Assembly (NCBI GenBank): GCA_965153355.1
Contig: OZ231126.1
Span: 33,914,001-33,978,000 of the forward strand
Direction: 5' to 3'
From: Flaccisagitta enflata
Lineage: Eukaryota
DNA: 64,000 bases
Shown here: in pieces, positions 1 through 23,540 of the stretch
Layout: every line of letters begins with the position of its first letter
Position numbering within the stretch: the stretch's first letter is position 1
The notes under the pieces: model-generated
Seen by the model: only the letters and a program-made list of their open reading frames with translations
Database searches by the model: none
What the model was told of the DNA's origin: nothing
Program-made: the position numbers and the translations under genes

Positions 1-39
1 CAAGTCAGACTTGGAAAAAGCTGAAAGGAAGAATGGAGG

Positions 40-92
40 AAGGAAGGAAAGAAAGAAGGAAAGAAAGAAAGAAAGGAAGAAAGAAAGAAAAA

Positions 93-167
<75 letters not shown>

Positions 168-189
168 GGAGAAAGAGAGAACAAGAAAG

Positions 190-262
<73 letters not shown>

Positions 263-265
263 AAA
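40..265. repeat. (GAAA)n microsatellite
   Basis: Direct reading of the sequence. Confidence 0.95.
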
Positions 266-373
266 AAGAAAACATTAGCGAGACCGACCAACCAACAAAT
301 AGGCACGACGCAATATAAAGGTGCTTTGGCGCACCTTACAAAGAAGTACGTAGTAATTAAAGTGCGAGAGAAA

Positions 374-632
374 CAAGGCCAGGTAGGCCAATGATGCGTC
401 CTCTTTAAATGAATGAAAGTTTCTATTGAATGAATGTTTTTTTCATGAATGAATGTCATTTATGAATGAATAAATGATTTATTCAATTAATTAGTAGATT
501 TATGCTTCTTCTACTGGGTCAGGACCACTTTTCTGTTGAAAAAATGCATAAATTCGATGTTCCTAATGAATGCGTTACCCGACCGACCGACGGACAGAGC
601 CTATTATAGAGATGCGAGGACGCATCTAAAAA
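374..632 (-). mobile_element. Helentron/DINE-1-like non-autonomous element (tagatgcgtcctcgcatct subfamily); relative at 7537-7863
   Basis: Hairpin agatgcgaggacgcatct next to an A-run, (GACC)n and (GAAT)n tracts, other end aacaaggcc. Confidence 0.6.
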
Positions 633-863
633 CTAACGTGACACAAGAACAGACGAAGAGACAGAGACAGAGACAGAGACAGCGACGCATACAGAATTAG
701 AAAGGGGAAAAGTAGAAAAGGAGAGAATTACTGACAAGACACACCAAATGCTTTTTTTTGCAATCTTGATGTTTTTTTTCCTCTCAAGAGCCGGTAAATA
801 TTCATAACGATAAATTGAATAATTACTCGTAATTGATGTATGTATTGTAATATGAAAACCCAT

Positions 864-1461
864 TACTATCTAGGAAATATGTTTGGAAACACCTTTAAAG
901 AGAGATATCTTGACTTCCCGTTCAGATAAGTAAACAAAATTTATAAGCACATTAATCTGCATAAAAAAATCTACAATCTGAGCGCAATCTCATCTCTGTG
1001 CATCAAACCGTTCAGAAATGCCATGAGTTTGAAGTTGATCAAGTGCTTTCAAAAATGTTAAAAAAAACAAGAATTTCTTTTTCCTCCTACCCTTCCATCT
1101 TTGAAACGCTCTCAAATTTTACCAGAAAATGATTGAAACATGCGGATTTTACCACTGGTTAGCTCTTGAGCTCTATTTTTATAATCTCATGAATTTTTAG
1201 TTCAATTTTAAAAGGGAAGTACCCCAATTTTGCAGCTAAAATGACCAAAATCTACTATTTATACCACAACCATCTCTTAGTTGTGATAAACAAACCAAGC
1301 TCGTGGTCCCTAAGTTGGATTGAAGATTGTTATTTGCTTTTGTTTTAGTTAGTAAAAATATAAAAATAACCAAAAACAATCAGATACATGAGTTTTAAGC
1401 ATATGAGGGGGCAAACATACCATCAACCCTAAGTGTTTCCAAACTTTTTTCCTAGATAGTA
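864..1461. mobile_element. MITE, TA-flanked, TIR ctatctaggaaatatgtttggaaacac (~598 bp)
   Basis: tactatctaggaaatatgtttggaaacac at 864 and gtgtttccaaacttttttcctagatagta ending at 1461. Confidence 0.85.
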
Positions 1462-1529
1462 AATGGTAGTAATTCTTGAGAAAGAGCGACCACCATGAAT
1501 CAGGTCTTTAACGTGAACTGCAAATTTGA

Positions 1530-1783
1530 AGGCATGTCTCTAGTGACGGCAAAAACGCGATCATTCCCGCAAAACGCGTTTTCAGTGTGAACACATATTC
1601 ATGAATTTCTATTGTCCTACGAGGGAGTGAGCAAAGTGACTGAGCCCATGAAAGAAGCGAGCGAGCAAAATTAGGGTAGCGAAATAGAGTGTAGTAGAAC
1701 AAGTGGAAAGTGCAAGGGAACGAACGTTGCGAGCGACCGAGTGAAGCATTCAAAACGCGATTGTCGCGAGTAGAAACAAACCC
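1530..1783 (+). mobile_element. PIF/Harbinger-like MITE (~250 bp)
   Basis: GG(G)YRTGTYTCTA...TAGAAACAAACCC ends, tga direct repeat on both sides, internal gagggagtgagcRaagtga / gcgagcgaccgagtg motifs. Confidence 0.72.
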
Positions 1784-1956
1784 TGAAGCAGAGGACACTA
1801 AAATCTTCGTAACTCAAGGAATTCATACTTGTTTTGGTAGGTCACATAGAATTCAAAAGTGACAACATTTAGCGGAAAACACAAAGAGTTTAAATGTGAC
1901 ATTCAGGTGACCTTTTCTCTATACTCACTATTTTGTCATATCAACTTTATTTTTAG

Positions 1957-2215
<259 letters not shown>

Positions 2216-2997
2216 GTTTGAGTTTGTTTTCGCGCGCGTGTGAGTGCGTGTGCGTGTGTGAGTGTGAAAGGCGAGGTGTGCGTCTGTGCCCACCTGCCGC
2301 CGACGGTAGAGCAACCCCGCGTTTTTTGTTCTTCATTAATTCCCAATATGAATTTGCTCAATTTCATAAGTAACAGTACTGTCAGTATCGTAATCAGAAC
2401 AAGTTATACGGGGTCACAATATCAGTGCGGACGGGTGGGCTGAGGCGTCCCACCCTCATCCACACGCCACGCCCCACTCCCTCCCCACCACACACACGTT
2501 CACAAAAAGCGTCATGGTCATGGTTGGATGGACGGATGGATGGACGGACGGACGGACGGACAGACGGACGGACGGACAGACAGATGGACGGAAGGATGGA
2601 TGAACGGATCAACGTGCGGATGAATGGGTGGATGGATAGACGGACTTTTGAATAGACGGACGATCAATACGTGGACAATCTAAGGAGGTTCGTCACATCA
2701 AATGACCATCTAGTTACTACTTAGGCCATAAAAAACGCACTTTCTTATAAAAACTTGAATTTTTGATAATTTAGCTCTTTAAATCTTTCAAAGAGAGCAT
2801 GGATGTCTAGGACTAGAATCCATTATGACCCCCTGAGCTGAAGCAGGTGCCTGGGCCGTATTTGAGTAAGGATTAAAAAGGTTTTGACAACACTTTCACA
2901 CAAAGCTGTATCCCCAATTGAAGCTTTCTAATCAATCAATTGTAATGTTTCTCTCTTATGCGAGAAGCAAATAATGTTACCAGGACCTTAGATTTAC

Positions 2998-3169
2998 TTT
3001 TTAGTCACGTGCTACGCGACTGTACACCCCGCTTTGTTGGTCCGTCAGTCTGTTGGTCGGTCCGTCGATCTGTCGGTCCCTTGGTCCCTTGGTCCCTCGG
3101 TCCCTCGGTCCGTCGATCACACTTTACTTTTTTTGGGTTTTTGGGGTTTTTGGCCTCACCGGCCTTGTT
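2998..3169 (+). mobile_element. Helentron/DINE-1-like element
   Basis: ttttagtcacgtgctacgcgact, (GGTCC/GTCG)n tract, ccggccttgtt end. Confidence 0.65.
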
Positions 3170-3633
3170 GCCATTACTAGGGGCAATCATGGAGAGGATG
3201 AACGGCCTTGGTGACTGAAATTTTTTGCAGAAACTAATCTAAAGATAGCAAAACTGAAAATGGGCAAATTTTGTTTGAGTTTCAGAATGGAACTTTTTTT
3301 AAGATTGACTGATATTTTTGAAACGGCTTATCATAGCCTCTTGGGACCAAGTTTTTTGAACTCCTCACATAAAAAACTTTCCAAAGTACTTAATAGTGCA
3401 GCACTCCTTGACCAGTATTGCACCTTTATCCCTGTGCATGATGATTGCGTTTTTTATGGCCTAAGTAGTAGCAATCCAAATGACAATCTAATTAACCTTT
3501 CCAAAAGGAGGCACACCTACGATTCATTTTTGCCAAGTGGTATACATTTTCCTCTGAGATCTGCCTACTTGTCTAATTTTCAATGCCTGCCTGATACCCC
3601 TTTCTCGACTTTCTTGAGTTTTTTTCCGGACAT

Positions 3634-4238
3634 TACTATCTAGGAAATAATTATGGAATCAAAAAGGGTGCGATTTGATTTATCAAACAAATTCTGTTAA
3701 AACCATGATACTGATCTCATAAGCACCTCAAGTTACATTTTTGTTAACTGTTATCTTCAGTTTTGCAGCTAGGGGGCGGTTGATAAAGATTTTCATACAG
3801 ATTATTAGGGTCTTAATCTGCCATCTGTGAGCGGTTATTGCCAGTTTATCATTTATTGGAGAGTTTCCATTGTTTTGCTTGTAATTTCTGAACGGTTGAA
3901 GCCACAGAAACCAGATTGCGCTCATCTTGAAGATTTTTCAATGTAGATAAATTTGTTTTTTTTTTTCAAAGTTATTCGCCTTTCTAGAAGCGGAGATTTC
4001 TCAAGCAGAAGAAAGCCCTAATTTTTGTGTTCTATCATTTTCACATTTTACTACCCATTTTGAAACTGAAAGTATTCACTCGTTTGCTTGTCATTTCCAG
4101 ACGGTTTGAGCTACAGAGACCAGATTGAAGATTTTTTGATGTAGATTAATCTGCTTCTTTGAAAAAAGTTATTTGGCATTTTTAGAAACCAAGATATCTA
4201 TGGTTGAAGTTGATTCCATAATTATTTCCTAGGTAGCA
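3634..4238. mobile_element. MITE of the same TIR family (~605 bp); mirror at 41362-41965
   Basis: tactatctaggaaataattatggaatcaa / ttgattccataattatttcctaggtagca. Confidence 0.85.
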
Positions 4239-5073
4239 GCGCCCTCCTTGAAGTGTTCCCAACAAATGGGCCTGGGCAACGTCTGGCATGAGTCAAAGAC
4301 ATCGCCCACCGCGATTTGCTCCCCCTCTTGTCAGAGCAATCACTCAGATTTGAAAAGCAACATAATTCAACAGAAACATCGTTGAAAGAGTTACTTTAAG
4401 AACTATATACTATATGAAAATGAACGTTGTCGGTATTATCCCTTAGGTTCATCCATTCTGATGTTGAAAAAAAAATGACTGACTAATATCAAATCAGATC
4501 AGATTGCTTCAAGTACATTGACTCATCATCGAGACATTGGAACCTTTTCTGCGATTACTTGTTGTTATCAGAAAAAGGAGGAAGAAAGAAGACTACATTA
4601 TGCAAATCATTTCTTTGTCACAATCTGTTTGTTAACTATTCCATTATAGTATCGCGCTATTGCAAACGCGTTCGTGTATTTTTCTTTAAATTCCTAGTCG
4701 CCTGCTACGCGACTCTATAAGCCACTTTTTGTTCCGTCCGCAAGTCCGTTGGTCCGTCCAAATGCTGCCGAGACGCTCCGAACCTGCCGAATAGCGGCGC
4801 TACTTGCTACTCCATAATCACGCCTGCTCTACTAAGTAGGCTAGTAAACGTTTGAGGTTGATGAGGAAAGGAATGGAAAGAAGTCCTGTATCTGAAGGTT
4901 AAGCAAGAAGCTGTCAAAGGAGATAAGGCCTGCGCCGAATAACGTCAAGCAAAGTTCAGTGACAAGTATTAGTACCAAAGACTTCAGTAAGGTTGTATTA
5001 CACTCCCAGCCTCCCAGGCAATGACGAATCGCTGTTGATCGATCGGTAAGCCACATTACTGCTCTTACTTATG

Positions 5074-6137
5074 AGGTCCGTTTCTACAATCGCGTCATTA
5101 ACAGGCCACTGGGTCGCTCGCTACGTTCGTTCTCTAGCAATGCTTACTCACTCTGCTTCACCAAGCTTGCTTCACTCATTTGCTTCATTCATGTGCTTGC
5201 CCACTAACTTCACTAACTCACTCAAGGGAAAAATCATAACCATAGCACAAAAAAAAAAACGGAACAAAATGTTTTTTAAAGATTGAGATTCATCCAATGA
5301 AAAAAACATAGCAAAATCTGTGACCGTTTGAAAGCTCTTTGAAAGATCCTCAAAATGAGACTATGCTGGTTATTCTGTCTTTATTCGTTTAGAAATGACA
5401 TAACATTAAAGAAGAGGTGGTCATGAACGTAAAAGTTGAAATCATAAAAGTTGTTTCGTTTTTTAATTTGATAATAACGATAGAAAAAAATAATAATTTA
5501 AATTTTTTTTAGATGATTTTAAAGATTTTCAAATTTTCTTTCATTCAAGACCAATCCCAGATCTGTATCTCAAACGGTTTAAAAGTTACAGCTTGTCAAA
5601 GTTAACTACCTTATCTTCAAAACCTTTTTATTCAATCTGGCTGCTTATTGAATAGGGCAATGTTTTCATTCATTCTTATGCCATTTCTAAACGGATAAAG
5701 CTAGAATGACCAGCAACATCGCATATGAAAGATCTTTTGCAGAGCTTTCTGACAGTCATGAATTTTCTATAGTTATAGTCTTCACTTTAGCAATAAATCA
5801 TCAAAACAAGTTGTTCCGTTTTTTTTTGTGCTATGGTTAGTTGAAAATCATGAATATATGTTCACGCTGTAAGCACGTTTGACGGAAGCAATTGTATTCC
5901 TTGTCGTCACTAGAAACACACCCTTAACAGCGTGAATATATATTCATGAATCAGTGTTCCATGAGGGAGTGAGCGAAGTGGGTGAGCGAGCCCTTGAATG
6001 GAGCGAACAAGCGAGGTGAGTGTATCAAAGCAGAGTGCCGCTGAGCCTGTGAGTGGAGTGAGCGGTGCAAGCGAACGAACGTAGCGACCGATCAATTGGC
6101 CCGTTAAAACGCGATTGTCTGTGACTGAAATGCGCTC
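5074..6137. mobile_element. Two Harbinger-like MITE copies: a minus-strand copy (5074-5924) split by a nested MITE, and a partial plus-strand copy (5925-6137)
   Basis: Family motifs gggtcgctcgctacgttcgttc and ctagaaacacaccc|tta, then gagggagtgagcgaagtg...aaacgcgattgtc. Confidence 0.7.
5237..5839. mobile_element. MITE with TIR taaccatagcac(a)n-cggaacaa (~603 bp), nested in a Harbinger-like MITE; mirror at 39762-40363
   Basis: taaccatagcacaaaaaaaaaaacggaacaa / ttgttccgtt(t)n-gtgctatggtta. Confidence 0.85.
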
Positions 6138-6143
6138 TTACGA

Positions 6144-6621
6144 CCTTGTTGCAGTATGTAAATGACATAAAACCAGCAAACTAGCATTACATCCTTGTTG
6201 CAGTATGTTAATGACATTAAACCAGCAAACTAGCATTACATCCTTGTTGCAGTATGTAAATAACATTAAACCAGCAAACTAGCATTTGTTGCAGTATGTA
6301 AATGACATTAAACCAGCAAACTAGCATTATATCCTTGTTGCAGTATGTTAATGACACTAAACCAGCAAACAAGCATTACATCCTTGTTGCAGTATGTAAA
6401 TAACATTAAACCAGCAAACTAGCATTACATTCTTCTTGCAGTATGTTAATGACATTAAACCAGAAAACTAGCATTACATCCTTGTTGCAGTATGTTAATG
6501 ACATCAAACCAGCAAACTAGCTTTACATCCTTGTTGCAGTATGTTAATGACATTAAACCAGCAAACTAGCATTACATCCTTGTTGCAGTATTTCAATGAC
6601 ATTAAACCAGCAAACTAGCAT
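6144..6621. repeat. 49-bp minisatellite, about 10 copies; mirror at ~38981-39457
   Basis: Unit ccttgttgcagtatgttaatgacattaaaccagcaaactagcattacat at 6144, 6193, 6242 and onward; one unit has a short deletion. Confidence 0.93.
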
Positions 6622-6780
6622 CAAATCATGTCAAGAAGTATTTATGCGTGCCAAACCTGTGAAATTTGAATGAATGGTGACGTCTCCTGTTATGATTTTG
6701 GAGTTCCTGTATTTGCCATTTCTACCCTCAACAGATGTAGTCAATCATCTACACGTCACTCAAAATCATGACAACCAATG

Positions 6781-6843
<63 letters not shown>

Positions 6844-6939
6844 GGCAGAGAGGCAGACAGACAGACAGTTAGCAAGCCAAAAAGACATTTACACAAACTT
6901 GTGAGCGCATTCACACTGATATATTGACACGTTCAAAAA

Positions 6940-7180
6940 CACTGACTTCAACACACTCTGATATGTGTGCATGCACATGTGCATGCATGCACATGCATGC
7001 ACATGCACTGACACTAACACACTTTGTCATGTGTGCTTGCCAACACACATGCACTGCCACTAACACACTCTGATGTCTATGCATGCAAACACACATGCAC
7101 TGTCACTATCACGCTCTGACAAATGAGCATGCAAACACACATGCACTGACATTAACAAACTCTGACATGTGTGCATGCGA
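6940..7180. repeat. Degenerate (tgca/catg/cact) repeat tract
   Basis: Recurrent acacatgcactg and atgcatgc motifs. Confidence 0.65.
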
Positions 7181-7344
7181 ACAAAACCTTGTTGGATTTT
7201 GAAAAGTGTGGCAGCCACAGATTCGAAGTTTAAAACTCAACAAGTAGGGCAAATCTCTGGAGGGGGGAGTAAGTGCATGGGGGAGGGATGGGAGGAGAGG
7301 AGAGGAAGGAAAGAGAGAGTCAAGATTGTGTGGAAGAAAGGAAG

Positions 7345-7403
<59 letters not shown>

Positions 7404-8049
7404 GAGGAAGATACAGACCAATAGGACGATATCAGGTAATGAAAATAGCAAAAAACGTTAAATGGTCGGCGGCTCTCGTTGCCCATTTGGGAGCGTATTT
7501 TCAATTTCAATCTAGGCTCTTCTGGACATGACCTCATTTTGAAGTGCGTCCTCGCAATTCTAAGCGATGTCCGTCCGTTGGTTGGTCGGTTGGTTGGTTG
7601 TTGGTTGGTCGGTTGGTTGGTAGGTCACGCAAATGTTTAAAATGCTCAAAACGGCCAATTCTATTGTTCAATCATTCATTCATTTATTAACTCATTCATT
7701 CATTCATTCATTCATTCATTCATTCATTCATTCATTCATTCATTCATTCATTCATTCATTCATTCATTCATTCATTCACTCATTACGTTCATTCATTTCT
7801 TTCATTCATTTAGTTATTCAACTTTTTTTTTCAAGGCTCATCGTTGGCCCACTTGGCCTAGTTTACTTGAAAACAGTAAAACCATGATGAGAATGATTTC
7901 TTGAGGCCGGGACATGGATGTAGGGGATCAAAATGCGTTGCGACGGGCCTTCAGACTTAATTCCAAATCCGACAGCTAATCTTAGTTCGCTGACAATTTG
8001 AATAGAAATGGACAAACATGTTTCTTTCTCTATTTTCTTTTTCTTTTTA

Positions 8050-8860
8050 AGCCTCTCAGACCTGAAACCTGGCCTCTCAGGCCCAAACTTTGGTCAGGTC
8101 CCAAATCAGCCCTTTCCGGCTTCAAATCTGCCCTCTCAGACCTTGAATCTAGATTCTCCACTATCATTTTAGTCCTCAGGCCACAAATCTGCTCTTAGGT
8201 CTCAAAAGACAAATCTGCCATCTCAGACTTCAAACTGGACGGATGGACAAAAGTCATCCTGTGTTCTACAGGACTCCGTCCTCTTTGAGGCCACTGCCCT
8301 GCTTCCCCCACTCAAATACACAGTCAAAGCAGGGCAACGGGTATCGCTGACCACATATTGCCCTTGGGCGATTGGCTGTATATCTTCTCTTTGATAATCA
8401 GTCCGATAAGGGCCATAGACATGCTTTCTTGGTAGAGCCTGAAGTCCCTTCTCCTTTTTGGGCAGCGGCCCCAAAGGGGTCGATGACCTATGCCTTCACA
8501 CATATGGGGAGTTTTCTCCTTCTTCTCAGCCTATGCCTTCGTGCCCCCTCCCCAGCCTAGGCCTATGTCTCAGCCTGGAGGCCCATATCCCCGCCCTCAG
8601 GAGGCCCAAATCCCAACCCCAAGGCCGTTCCCTCTCTAGGGATTTTGGCCTCGAGACTGGGATTTGGGCCTGGAGGCTGAGATATAGTCACTCCAGGCTG
8701 AGATGGGCACGGAGGCTGGAGAAGGAGGGTGTGGAGAAGAGGAGAAAACTCCCAGCAATAGCCTCGTCATCATTACAGAGCGCTGTTCTCCCACCGGCAA
8801 CGCCACGCTCACCAGCAGGGCACGGGTACCGCAGACCATCTAACGCTTTTGCGACTATTT
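8050..8860. mobile_element. Cluster of gggcagcggcccc-TIR elements with internal ~21-bp repeats; mirror at ~36754-37570
   Basis: gggcagcggccccaaaggggtcgatgacctatgc at 8460; relatives at 46892-47266, 58043 and 55479. Confidence 0.65.
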
Positions 8861-9129
8861 CAGGTAAAGGAAAATTTTGGGCTGGGTAGGTTATCTGAAT
8901 GGGCCGGGATATCAATGGTACGGTGGGAAATTGCCAAATTGGGTATTGGCGGGTTTTGGGGATATGGCCGTTGGCCAAAAAGGGCTGACAATATTAGAAA
9001 GCGACGTTGTAATAGGATTTAACGGGATGGGCTGGGATAAAAGGACTTAGTTAACCCATCTACGTCTAGAAGCGGACCCTAGTCAAGATTCATAATTAGT
9101 AAAATCAGAAGGTGCAGAGAAAAAGAGGG

Positions 9130-9184
<55 letters not shown>

Positions 9185-9284
9185 GAGAAGAGGTGCCTCT
9201 AGAGTGCAGTGGGTGGGACGTGGGAAGGGGGTTGATGCTGAGAACGGCGAGGAATGTACAAGGATTAGAGGATCTAGGAGAGAG

Positions 9285-9318
<34 letters not shown>

Positions 9319-9487
9319 GAAGTCGAGTAAAGAAGAAAACTCACGAAAATTCACAAAAAAAAAAAATGACCTCAAAAAAAAGAAAGATGGGTTGAACTGT
9401 TCTTTTGTCAACATCTGACAACCACTCTTTAAGCAGAAAAGAAGGAGATGTTGAACTTTCCCATCTCTAGCGGTAATTCTAAACATT

Positions 9488-9578
<91 letters not shown>

Positions 9579-10525
9579 CAATTCTGACACCAGACGTTTC
9601 CGGGGTACCCCGTTGCGAGACTATTGCTGCTGTAAAGGACTAATATAGTATGTTCTGCTTTCCAAATTCGAACAATTGCTTAATCTGTCCGTCTGCCTTT
9701 CTATCTGACTGTCTGTGCGGTCCGATTTGGTAAAACCACTTTATTCAAATAGCCTTTGATGTCCAAGTCTAACTAACTTCTGTGCCACCCAAACGCATCC
9801 CACTTGATTAACATAAATTGCCTCTTTATTCCACCAATCACCAATCCGTCCATCCGTCCATTCGTTTGTCCACAGCCACAGGGGCTTCTCCTTCCATAAA
9901 GTTTCTATGCAAATTTGTGTAACACGTTGATTGTAACCTATACGCATTGATGATGTTAAGATGATCATCTTTTTTATACTCGCCATTCAACTTATCCTTG
10001 AATCATTTCTTCCCTTTTTCAAAAAAAAGTATTGGCAAAAAATAGCATATATACAAAAGAAAAAAATGATCTTAAAACCAAAAAGCCGAGAGGAACAAAG
10101 TCAACAAACAAACAAACAAACAAACAAACAAAATGTGCCACCGAAACAAATCATTGACAAATTGACGCCCATCAACTAAAAAACGATGACGATAAATATT
10201 TGTACGTCTAAAACGATGATAATATTTTCCAACGATGATCATGGTATGGATGAGAATTTCAAACGATGACAATAAACATTTATCAACTGAGCAACTGTAG
10301 ATAATCATGGTTAGTCGTCTGAAAGGCCGATGACGACGAAACGTGGTCTGGATGCCGACAGTAGCAAACTTCGCCGACAGTCTACAAAAAAAAAGCGTAG
10401 CTGACAGTTTTTTTTTCTCGCGTGTCAACGGGTCAATGACACATATTCGTGCTAATGACTGCAATGAGCAACGACAGTTTTGTGTCGAGATTTGCCAAAA
10501 TGACTGAATTGGTCGGAATTTGGTT

Positions 10526-23225
<12,700 letters not shown>

Positions 23226-23226
23226 G

Positions 23227-23539
23227 TAACACCCCTGACAAAATTAGGCGAACTGGGGTTGAATTCCATGTATTTGAACCTGACAAAGTGATTTAAATGG
23301 TAATTTGGGATATGTACACATGGACTAGGGTGAATGCCGTCCAAGTTCAGCCAAAAATACCAAATAGAATTGGTTGACATGCTATTTAAGTCGTTTTATA
23401 GCCATTCTCTGATAACAGACAGTTCCACTCTGTCAATTATTACCAAATCCCTTAATGCACATTTTTCTCAGTCTCAAGGGCTGCAGGTTCAAATACATGG
23501 AATTCAACCCCAGTTCGCCTAATTTTGTCAGGGGTGTTA
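23227..23539. mobile_element. TIR element at the palindrome centre, relative of the MITE at 55831
   Basis: taacacccctgacaaaattaggcgaactgg matches taacaccccttccataattaggcgaactag (55831) at 26 of 30 positions. Confidence 0.7.
23283..23483. other. Non-palindromic 201-bp spacer at the centre of the inverted duplication
   Basis: Unique sequence between the arms; mirrored coordinates near the centre sum to 46766. Confidence 0.93.
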
Positions 23540-23540
23540 C

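Noticed and set aside
11-394. K/E/R-rich ORFs, and similar CV, SL, ER, HT, poly-L/N/D/Q ORFs throughout the window
   Set aside because: Translations of stop-free microsatellites.
6144-6621. CRISPR-like array
   Set aside because: Units are head-to-tail with no unique spacers, there are no cas genes, and the context is eukaryotic.
23334-23522. 62-aa ORF in the palindrome spacer
   Set aside because: Short, no motif, and runs into the TIR.
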